NCBI GenBank assembly: GCA_000708835.1
Contig: DF237259.1
Span: 41,873 to 105,872 of the forward strand
DNA length: 64,000 nt
Direction of reading: 5' to 3'
Source of the DNA: Klebsormidium nitens
Lineage: Eukaryota; Plantae; Klebsormidiophyceae
Part shown: positions 1 to 11,111 of the stretch, one piece after another
Layout of the letters: each line of letters starts with the position of its first letter
How positions within the stretch are numbered: position 1 is the stretch's first letter
The notes under the pieces: model-generated
The model's database searches: none
The model's input: the letters and a program-made list of their open reading frames with translations, nothing else
Told to the model about the DNA's origin: nothing
Translations under genes and position numbers: made by a program

Positions 1-230
1 ATCACTTGACACCCTGTATCTGAATCTTTCAAAAGCGTTTACGACCAAACAGATCCATTACGTACTAGTATTCCTGATCTCTTGCAACGCCTAACAACAT
101 GCTTATCATACTTCAAGACATGGCGCGGCAAGTGCGCACACTCCCTACGCCGGCATGATCCAACGAATTTTCAACTCAAAAAGCTATCAACTTCATGGGC
201 TCCCACCGAAGTCCCCGACTCCGCCCCCTG

Positions 231-3200
231 TTACCGCCACTTCTTTTCCTTGGCCTTCATCTCCTTCTCGCGCGCCCACTCTGCGCGGATCTGCCGGTTG
301 AGCTCCTTCTCCTTTTTGACGCTCTCTTGGAGCGCCTGACTCCGCTCAATCTCCTCGTGCAACTCCTTGAAGACCTGCGCGCTCAGGTCCTTCTCCTTTT
401 GCAGCTCCGACTCGAGCCCTTGCACCAGCTGGATCTCTTCTTGTAGCTCCGCGGCCCTGCAGGGAAATGCGCGTCTTGCTTCGAGCGTTTCGAGGCCTGG
501 TCGTGGTTGCTAGACAGTTAACTCCAGATCCCGGTGAGAAAGAACAGTCGTTCAAAAGCGTGTGGCCCAAGATCCGCTTCAACTTCCTTTGAATGCCTTT
601 CGAGAAAATATTCGCGCAGACTTTTGGTGGTTCGTCACAAGCCCTTGCAAGAACCGAATCCCCTTGCGGCTCAGACGCACTCAACGATCCGGGACTTTCG
701 GACGCTGCTGTAGCACCAATCTCTTCAAACTCGCCTACAGCACCGACACGGCCAAAAGCAAAGCAGCTCTCAGTCGACCAGACTTCCATGAGGAGACTTT
801 TACACAGAAGAAGGCTTTGCAAAGTGCCTTCCCTCGTTGCTCTGCTCTTAACGGTCTGCTAACGAAAGCGCCGAACCAAAACCGTCTCGGACACCCCAGC
901 TCTGCTTTCAGAATCAGGCAATGCTTAATGGGATCCACACCTGAACCAGGTTCCCTTTCGTAATCATATTGCCGCTCCAAAAGACCCGGCGCTTCGATGA
1001 CAGTAAATGTCTCAAGATCAGGAAGAAGGGCGTCAGCAGGCAAGAATGCTCCCATCATTTCGAAATTTCTCAGGAAAACGTCTTGTATCTTGACTAAAGC
1101 TGCGAGTTCTAACCTGAGCGCCTTCTCCTTCTTGATCGTCTCCTCTGCCGCTTCCCACGCTATCCTCTCCACCTCTAGTTCCCGCCCCAGCTTCTCCGAC
1201 CTCTCCTTTTCCTTTTCGAAGCTCGCCTGCGTTCGGTCCTTCACTTCCGTTTCGGCCTGTAGCCGCTTCTCCGTATCGGCGAGAGTCGCGCGCTCCTTTT
1301 GCAGCTCAGCAATCGCCTTCGCCTTCCATTCGCGCTCCTGGGATAGTTGAGCGGTGACCTCAGACCTGCAGAGCAGACATTAGTATGAACTCAACAACGA
1401 ACTCGTGAGAATATCAGTTTGTTGGCGACTTCGGAATGGAGCTCAACAATGGCCTTCGCCTTTTTCCGCTCCTGAGTTAGTTGGACTGTGACCCTCAGAC
1501 CTGCACGCGACATGTACAGGCAAATTCAGGATGAACTGTGGGGACTGTCGATTTCCTTAGCAACTTTTCTTTGTGCTCGTGGCTCAGGCGAGTGATGAGT
1601 CGGAGCTGGGCCAAACGTGTCACGGACAACTTTAGGAAGGGTTACACAGACATAGCAATGATCTAGCAGTTTTCGGACTGAAAGCGGCTTCGCCTTCGCG
1701 TTGCGCTCTTGCTTCAATTTCACGGAGACATCCGTCCGGCTGTGGATGGGCCACAAAAATCGATAACAAGCGTTTGCGGTGCTCTTCGGTCTCTTCCACA
1801 GACTTCACAAGAAACTTAAAAAATTCTGTAAGTCTCGAAATGGATAAGGATGGTCAGCACTCTACGTGAGGCCTTCTGGAATGTTCCCCTGACGAATAAA
1901 GTCCGACAGTCTACACGAGCGGGAGAACTTGCCATCCCTGCTTTTGAACGGAATGAGTAGCTTGTGAAGAGGTACACAGCTCTCTAGATTCCGGTCAACC
2001 TTGAGAGCTTGATACATCGAAACTAGTCCAAAAATGGAGGCCCAATCGCAAGCAAGGAGCGGCGGTTACACGTCGAAATAGGAGAACACATTTTTTGGGG
2101 GAGTTGTTCCTTTGACCTTCCCAAGAGACGTCCTTCCAGCTCTGAAACGTTTCGAAGGGAAATTACGATCGCCGGGAAGCTTTCCAAAAGGCTCAAGCAG
2201 ACCAGCACCTGGTTGTTAAAGCCACTCTTCTCAGACGCGCCTCCCTGGGCGTAAGCAGGACATTGAAACCCATGAGGCCGCCGAGACACGGTATGTAGGT
2301 AAAGCAGATACTCCAAAAGAAGCTACAATTACGAACAGGCTCAGAGGAGCGAGCGGCACCAACGCACCTCGCTTTCTGCTCCTCTTGCAGTGCCCCCGCC
2401 AGCTCCGCCGCCTTCGCCGCTTCCGCCTCGAACTTGCTCCCCCGCTGCGCGCTCTCGTTTCGCGCCACCTCTAAATCCTTCTTCAGATCTCTGACGTCGT
2501 TCTCTGCACTCTTTCTCAACTCCGTCTCGTCCGCCAGTTTCCCCTCCACCGACCCCCGCAACTCTTTCTCACTGTCGAGCTCGTTCTCGGTCTCCGCGAG
2601 CTTCTTCTCGACCGCGGCCCGCACGCTCGTCTCCTCGCTCAGTTTCTTCCGCAGCTCCGCGGCGCTTTTCCTCTCCGCCCCTAGTTCCTCCTGCGTCGTT
2701 TTCCGGACGGCCTCTTCGCTCGCCAGCCGCGCCGCGAGCTCTTCGGACCACGTCTCGAGCGCCTTTTTGGACGCCGTCTCCGCTTTCAGCTCCGTCCGAA
2801 CGCCGTCCAAACGCGCCTGCAGCTCGCTTCGCGCCGCTTTCTCCTTCGAGAAAAGTCCCTCCGTTTCTTTCCGCACACTCTCCTCTTGGCTGAACTTCTC
2901 ACCCAGCGCATCGTGCTCTGCTTGAAGCCCCTTTCTAGCGCCCTTCTCTTCCTCTAGCTTCGCTTTTACTGCTTTGTGGGCCTCGCTTATCTCCTTGAGC
3001 GCCGCTGTTTCTTTCTCTAGGCGTTCTTGGGTTTCTTTTCGTTCTTTCTCCTCGCTTGCTAGTCTGTCTGCCAAAGAATCGTGGTCCTCTTGTAACTTCT
3101 GCCTGGCCGCCTTGACCTCGCTCAGGGTGGCTTCCAAAGCGTGCTTTGCGTTGGTGGTGTCTTGGAATGCGGTGGCGAGCTCCAATCGGGCTTGTTTCTC

Positions 3201-4363
3201 TGGACGAATGAGATTTGTGTCAGCTGCTAAAAGTGAAACTAGAGGCCAGGACAGAATTGTCAGCCAAAATGCTCGTTCCATGTATCCTTATGGTATCAAG
3301 TTGGATGCAGTTCCTTCCGAAATGGTGCAAGGGAGTGGCTTGTTGTAAGCCGTTCTTTTCTTGTATTCTCTCTTCAAAAAGGAATCCTTCAGCCAGCTGT
3401 ATTCTTGGGAGAGTACTGCCAGAGGTGCAGGTGCCAGAATACTCGTTCAGAAAGAGTTCAGAGCTGCGGGGCTTTGACAGATACAAGGCGCGAGGAAACA
3501 CATACTCAGAACGAGCCCAATATCGCTCGAAATCTTCACACCAGGACCTAGGCCCCTTACGTCAAGCGAACCTGTTGGGTGGATTCGAATCGGGCCTGAC
3601 TCGCAAATAGCTTACTCTGCGAATCGGGCCTGACTCGCGAACAGCTTAGTTCCCCGTTTTGGACCTGACTTGCGGACAACTCAAATCGCTCACCTGCATC
3701 CAGCTTCTCCTTCAGTTGCCGTGCCTGCTCCTCCGACCCCTTCTTTCCGGCCTTCTCTTCCTCCAGCGCTTTTTCCAGTGCCTCGCCCCGGGCTTTCTCC
3801 TTTGCAAGCGCTTCCTCCACCCCCGCCAGATGTTTCTCTGTGTCCTCCAGACTCCCATGCAGCCCCTCAACCAACTCCTTCTCGTGCGCAACCTGCCTCC
3901 CCAGGTCAATGATCCTCTTTTCCGCTGCCTCTAGTTTCCCCTTGAGCTGTTTCGCGGTTTCCCGCTCCGTCGCCAGATGCTGCTCTGTAACACGAAGCTC
4001 CTCTTGAACTTGAGCCAATTCTCCCCTTGCCTCTCCCAACAGACTTTCATGCTCGGCAGTCAGTGTTTCAACCTCATTCTTATGACTGTCCGTCAGCGCA
4101 GAGAGCTCGCCCGCGTGCTGGCTCTTCAACGTGGCAACCTCCTGAGCGTGGTTGGACTTGACAGACACGAGCGTGCTGGCGTGCCGCTCGCTGACATCAG
4201 CGAGCGTCCCCAAATGCTCTTTTTTCAGGGCTTCTTGCGCCTCTCTGTGCTGGGTTCTCAGACGCTCTGCCTCGCTCTCGTGGGCCTGTTTGGCAAGCGC
4301 TAATTCGTTGGCGTGCTTGGCAGCGGCGGCCTCGAGGGCTCGCTGCTGCGCCGTTTTCTGCAC
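231..4363 (-). CDS. Long heptad coiled-coil protein (myosin-tail-like), multi-exon, ends uncertain
   Basis: E/K/A/L-rich coiled-coil ORFs on the minus strand. Exons about 3680-4360, 2368-~3225, 1114-1365 and 231-456. Phase-2 junctions KAR|gtgcgt..ctgcag|G-SEV and KALR|gttaga..ctgcag|G-AAELQ fit. 5' exons are unresolved (possible start 5241, MEIAGDTAG) and the gene may continue past 231. Confidence 0.7.
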
Positions 4364-5874
4364 GAGAGTGAGGGATAGGTTATGGTCAGAATATCCAATA
4401 TCCTATGGACAGGGGCTGTAGAGCTAAGTGTTGATTCAACACACGACACAAGCGTTGATGCGCGGACCCAAGAACTTTCGGTCTAATCTTCAGCGAGTGT
4501 AAAGGCTCTTGCTATCAGTGGCATTGCCTCTTGAATCTTGCAGTGGTTGCATTGGTTTAGAAGCAAACCCGGCATCCCCCGTTCAAGGCCCAGCTCAATG
4601 CAGCTCAATGCCTTCGCACCATGTGAAGCATGACCGATGAACGCGGTTGCACAAAGACTACCAAGCAGTGTCAATCAAGGCTCTTTCTCCTGACGGAGGC
4701 ACACAACTGCCCAACTCAGATGCTGTCTATACGTTTGCCTGCATCCATCCAAGTAGACCTGAGTTGGACAGGTCCTGAACTGCAAACTAGGCTGTTGTAC
4801 TTGGACCAGCTGCCAATTACCACGTTTTTTTCCGAAAGGTCTCCCTGGCATTGGGTCCTTGCCAGCATTGGCACAGGGAATGAAGCACGTTTCATGAAAG
4901 TGGAAAGTGGCAGAAGTTCCCACATGAAGTGCACTCACTCGAAAGGGCTTAAAAGTAAGGAATATCTATTAGATCTGCCCTCTTGGACGAAGCATCCCCC
5001 AGCATTGTCCTTCCTTTCAACCAAATACTTCGGCGCAAGTAGTGACACAGGGGAGAATATCTGAAGTCCAGTTTCGTTGATAAGCAACCATTCTGCGGCA
5101 TGTTGACTTTCCATTTGTGGTCATGCCTGCTTCAGAAGGAACTGAGGAGATGCGAATTACCTCTGTTTCATGGAGCTGGAGAAGCTGTGTGAGAGTAGCG
5201 TGAAAAGCCCCAGCCCCGGCAGTGTCGCCTGCAATCTCCATTATACAATGCAGCTACCAGCCCTTTGTTAATGCCAATCAATGCTAAGTGAGTACCAAAC
5301 GCCAGTGAGGTCCTCAAAGGCACAAATGCCAGTTGCTCAGAACTAGAAACAGGTAATCTATGATTATGGACTCTTCACGCACTGATGCTCTGCACAATTC
5401 TTTGTCCAACTAACCGTCTGCCCCTGATGGCCGCTTTTCTGCAACAAGCAATGCTGCATTGGGGGGAGAAGATGAAGAAGAACGGCTTCCTGCTTCCTAT
5501 GCTAAACAGTAACCAGTGAAAGCCCCATTTCAACGTAACTCATGGCAATCGGCACTCCATGACGCTGATCAAGAAAACCTTGCGCCACTTCGCACCTGAA
5601 GCCTGCAGCCTGGCCACCTGCACCAACTGCAAACTTCTGCAGGCCATGGCCAGCTAGACTCATGAGTCATGCATATTAGAGTCAGAGGCCCAGCTGGGCC
5701 CAGCAGGTTCACTGGAAAACCGATGGTTTAATTTGATAACCAGGCTTTGAATTCGGATTGCCCCACTCTCCGTATTTTTGAGCTGTCCAAAGTTGCTTTG
5801 AGGTTGAATGAGTGCCATCGGACGGTTCTCCGGCCTTGCTTGAAGAGAAAGTTTGTGAAGGCTAAATCCCCAAA

Positions 5875-8800
5875 ATGAACTGGCTAACCACCCTGCAGCC
5901 TATTATAATTACTAAACTTGTACATAGTTTACCTGCTAACCTAAATTTGCTGACAGTGAAGGCAATTGGGCTGATTCTTGTGAGAGATGATTGGAACTTG
6001 AACTTGAAGAGCAGAAGCGTAGCAATGGCGGCCAAAGAAGGGACTTACCAAGGGGCGGATCCTTTGAGGCCTGTGCTGGATGCAGTCCAAACTGATTCTG
6101 CCCGCTTGTCTGGCTCAGACGCCTTAAAATATGACGCCTTGTATCCGATCTCAGCTGGCTGGCCTCCAAGTAAACAAGACCCGTTCCAACCTCATGACAA
6201 CTGGGATGCGTTCTGCAGAAGGCAGAAACAGGAGTATGTCGAACTGGACAGCAACCTCCGAGAGTTCGAGGGGGTAGATGAGAAGTTGAGAGAATTGGAG
6301 GTGCGGTGGAATCAATGCAGCTGGTATCCAGCATCTCTTTCTTTGTGCACTCCTCCATACAATGAGCTACTGAAAACATATGGAATTTCTATATACAACC
6401 CCTATGCCTCCACTCCCCTGATTCTTAAGCTCGTCTTGTGGTGGTGCATATGTATGACTGGGGGATATTGCCTGGCCGCTGGAGCTGCTCAATTCTCTCT
6501 ACTGTCAGCTCTCTTCTTACCTGTAAGCACATGGTATGTCTTTGAGGTCTTGTTCAAGCCTTACAACCACTTCACAGGATACAAAGTCAGAAAGTTTCGA
6601 AGAAAAATTGAGAACTCTTTTGCACTCACACATTTGCTTGCTCTCAAAAAGCTTCATCTTACTCTCCTGGTCCCGAATCTCGTAAAGAAGGTCTGTGAAT
6701 TCAGAAGGACCTTTTCTTGCCCCTCTTTAGCTAGTCAGAATCTGATCACTTCTGCTAGCTTTCTCAAGATTCTGGTCAAGCCTGGTCAAAGTCCACTTTT
6801 TCTCAGTTCAAAGTACAGTTCTGCTTTCGTCAAAGGAGCTACCACTATCTGCAGGTCAGTAGCGGGGAGCTCACCGCAGTTCTAACTAAGTGGCAAATAG
6901 AAATTGGAGTGGCTCACACTTTTGTGACCCGAGCTGAGAAAGCTGCGGCGAAGGCAGGCAGCACATCTTGCTTCTGCTTCAGCAGCGGTGGATTAGAAGA
7001 GAAACGGGCAGCCGCAGAAGAGGAGCTGAGGATCGCTCGCGGAGCCCTTGACGCTGCTGAAAAGGAGGAGCGCTCCGCTCAAGCGAAGCTGGAAAGGCCG
7101 CTTGAAGAGCTTCATCGCTTGCAGGTTGGTTCCTTCAAGATTGGAATAGGATATCTTATATTATATTACGTTCAGATGCAGCATGTTCCAGCTTTGCAAA
7201 GGTCCACGAGTAGAAAATGGGGACTTCCCCGCTCAATGTTACTAGAGCACAGGATGTACCTTCCCTTGTCATTGATTTTTGTCCTGTTCTCTGCACTTGT
7301 TAGCAGAGGACTTTCTGGTCGGAGTGAAGAAGATTGTTGGCTTAAAGAAAGTTAGGGCCCGCCATGAGCTTAACATCTTCTGAAGCAGGGCTTTTGATCA
7401 AGCCACTTCAATGACGCTCTCAAAGTGCCTTAACCACTGTGTTGAACCAATGATTCTGACCAAGCGTTCTTCGTGCATCGTCCAACCCAGTGGAAGAGGG
7501 CCACTCTCTTTGACCTAGACGACAAGTTTGATTGGCAAACTTACTTGTTTCTGCCTCGCGGGTGCGTTTTGTCCTCCCTAGTATGAATTCGTTGTAAACC
7601 TCAGAAGGTTAAAGCCGTTTTCGAAGGTGTTTGGCCAGGGCGTCTTTGAAGAGAATCAGCTTGCTTAGCCAGTCGACTCACTCATGCAGATGGTCGATCC
7701 TGACGAATTCCGTGGCCAGATGATTTGCGTTTACCTCGCAGCCCTCTATCCAGGTCCTCCACATGCGAGGAACTGACCAGGACTAGTCCTTCGACTTGGT
7801 ATCGGGCCTCTGTTTTGTGCTCCCCACGTTTTGTTCAGACCGTATGTTTTCTTCCTGTCATGCCTCGCGTTTGGGAATAATGCTAGAGCGCGGTTGCCTA
7901 AGCTTCGGGGCAGGTGCGGGCTTTAGATACCCTCTTTACTCTTCTATCAGTAATTCCCTATGTTTGGCCTTTCTAGGGAAAACCTTGGTCTTCAAACAGT
8001 CTATCTGACTTGAACTCTTACCTCCAGATTCCTTGTGCCTGTTTTTGAGAAGGAGCGGATAAGCGCCGCCACGCGCTTTGGGCCGGGGTGAATTCTTGCA
8101 CAGCCTGTTCACGAACACCTCGAAGGCACGTATTCCCCTCGTATCTGAAGCCTCCGACATGAACCTTTTCTTCTCTCCTCCTCCACTCACAGGAACGACC
8201 TAAGAGCGCTGCTGCGCGGGCCGTCAGATCCGATGGAGATATTGGACAGCCAGTTTACGGACATTAGAACCACGTCAGACTGCAGAATCCCCGTTCTTCA
8301 CATTCAAACTCCGTAATGCAGTATCTGCCCTGCTCACAGGGACAACGCAAGAGCGCCGCTGCCCGTGCTCTGGCCAGATTGCGCTTCAGGTCGAAAGGTA
8401 CACTTAAAAACCTCAAAGCCTCCCATGCCCCTCGCAACTGAGGACTCCAAGATGAACGGTTCGTCAAACATTTCTCGTCGATTTCTTCCTCTGCTCACAG
8501 GAACAACGCAAGAGCGCCGCAGCGCGGGCTTCAGACCAGATGGAGATTTTGGACAGCCTGTTCACGGACACTTCGGACGCGGCAGAGCAAGTCGCGGAGG
8601 ACCAAGTCGCCCGGCTGCTGCAAACGGGAGCGCAGATCGAGGCTGCGCTGACGGCCCAAAAAGAGGCGCTGCGCCTGTTGCACACGGCGCTCCTGCATTT
8701 CGAGGGCGGGCAGGCGCGGTTGCGGGGGCAAGGGACCGGGGGACTGGCGGAAGAGGTGAGCGGGCGTTTGAGTTGTTCGTGCGGATTGGGTCGTGCTTTG

Positions 8801-9858
8801 CCGGCTCGTTGGGCCGTTTATTATGCTTGATGGCGTGATGGCATGTGTTTCGTAATCCTCGGGGCATTCGTCTCTGAAGGCAGCACTTTCCGGAACACTC
8901 TGCACCCACTTTTCAGCGGAACGCAGTGTTTCTTGAGGCCACTCGATATTGCAAAGCCACCAAACACAAGGCTCCATTGGGCACTCATTGTCGTGGGCAT
9001 TGAAGTCTCCTTCTTTTCAGGGTTCGACTAGCAAGCCAGTATATTGCGAGTTTTAGTCATCTCGTGCAGTTTTGGATTTGCAAAAAGTCTCAACAATAAG
9101 GAGCCGTTACGATGAGGCGCGTGGTTGGTCCATTGCTTCGGTTGAGTCAATTTTCCCGGGTGCTGGATTTCTGACCGGTCGGTTCGTAATCGAGTCGTTT
9201 CTCATGAGCTGCATTTATAATTAGTCCGTTTGCTTTCTTAGGCTCTGCATGCCTACGCGTACGTCTTCCGACTGTCTGCTCCATTTTTACTGAACACGTC
9301 CAATCAACAATTTCATGTGTGGCACAGTTGCCAACTTATCGAGCTACGTATTCACACTTGCGTCCCGTTGTGCAGCTGCGACTACATCAAGCCGCCGCGC
9401 TTCTGGCCAGCTCCACGTCAGCGATCCAGAAGGCCCTGTCCGCAGCGCCCTTTGCCCCGGGCGCTGCCCGGTTGAAAACAGACCCCGGGGGACCGCTCGG
9501 CGCCTTCCTAAATGCGGGGCTTCCAAACGTGTTGCACGGATCGGGTGGCCCGGCCGCTGCCGGGAAATTGAGGGGACTGTTCGACGGTGCGTACACGGAA
9601 GTGTTGGCTCTGTATCAGTGGCATGAAAAGTTCGTTGCGAACATCGTTGACGACTTGGAGACAAACGCGGCGTCTCTAGTTGTTGCGAAGAAGGCGTTGC
9701 TAGAGGAGAGGCTGAGGTTAGTCCGGCAGGTGAGCGTGCAGCGGCAGGTGACGAACACAGAGCGGCGTAGGAGCTCACGGATCTCAGACGGTGTTCCGGA
9801 GGCGTCGCGGCTAGATCAGTATGCAAATGGGGAGGAACCGGGGCGATTAGACTGGTAG
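5875..9858 (+). CDS. Orphan protein with hydrophobic (likely TM) segment and C-terminal helical/coiled-coil region, 4-exon model
   Basis: Exons 5875(ATG also at ~6025)-6854, 6986-7124, 8501-8755, 9376-9858. All junctions are GT-AG with phases 2,0,0 that join in frame. Hydrophobic stretch LILKLVLWWCICMTGGYCLAAGAAQFSLLSALFLPVSTWYVF. No family recognised. Confidence 0.5.
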
Positions 9859-11111
9859 GTAGGCACGGTGTAGTTATGTATGCATGTCGAGTTGCAGGCA
9901 GATGTTAGGCAGCTTAGCTTAGTCTCCTGTCAGTTTAGAATGAGGTGAAATGCTCCCGGCGCATGTCACTGTACTTTTGACGCCAACCAGGGCTGTACTA
10001 GACATGTAGACTTCAGGTTATATCGCAGTCTTCTGTAAGCTGGGGCTTACAATAAAAGACGATGCTGTAGTATATCTAAGATAGCACAAATAAACTTGCA
10101 GCAAACAGGAAACCTTGAGAGACTACGTCTTGAGCTGAAGTATTTTGCAGACTGCCACAATGTTTTGCTGCTCGGGTGTGCATGTGCGATTGCTAGCTTG
10201 CGTTTGGTTCAGATCTGGGCTGGGAGGCCATGTGGAAAGCAGCCACCATGCATTAGATCAACCAGATTCTTGATAAAAGCCTTTGCGCCGGCCGCCTCAT
10301 CAGTAAACGGCACCTGTATGGACGTCTCGCGTATAGACTGATACCCTGTACCTAATGTACTATAATGCATGTGAAGTCACTGCGCTAGGTCTGGCCCGGT
10401 ATGTGGCGATCCTGATAAGCACATTGTCGAGGCCCGATGCACCGGCGGCCAACAAAGCGCGCCTAGGGCTTGTCGCGATCGCGATCGATCGGTTCTAGGC
10501 GGCTCGTACGTTCGGACCAACGTGTTGCATGTGTGCATGCAAGTCCGCGATCGCTTTCAGGAATTTTCGTCTTTGCCATGTACGTATCCTAAGCACCAAT
10601 TATCATGCGGAAATTCAATCTCGTTGTGGCATACATCAATCTGCAGTCGTGCCAGGTGACCATACAATCATTACCATAGGCTTGTAGTCACGTACCGGTA
10701 ACTAACAGCTGGTGCGGCGGCACCAGTCTGATGGGTAGCTCCAAGCAACAATGACCTGCATGATCGAATGTAAGATTAACCGGTCTGTATAAGATGTCAT
10801 GGGCGCATGCCTTGCAAGTCGAGAAGGCCATGGTCGAGCCTTCATATGATGCCATGCTTGACCGCAACATAGGTGTTTCATCAATAGCTTAGACGGACTT
10901 GCATAGCACGGAATCGTAACCTTTTGAATGATGTGCCACTTGCACAACCTCCTGTAGCAGCAGTACAACGAACTCCAAGTACACCTTGGTTACCCTCAAA
11001 GAGCATTCTTCCAGACATCCTGTTACTTCTTCAAGCAACGGGTGACTGAGATGAATATTATCGAGCTCCAAGAAAGTAACTTTTACTCGTAAGCAAGGTA
11101 GCCTCGAAGAT

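Noticed and set aside
735-1113. Continuation of ORF 735-1244 as coding
   Set aside because: A phase-2 donor at 1113 matches the acceptor at 456 and the sequence loses coiled-coil character, so it is probably an open-frame intron.
2434-2925. Plus-strand Ser-rich ORFs (also 997-1350, 2974-3348, 3659-4303)
   Set aside because: Antisense shadows of the E/K-rich coiled-coil exons.
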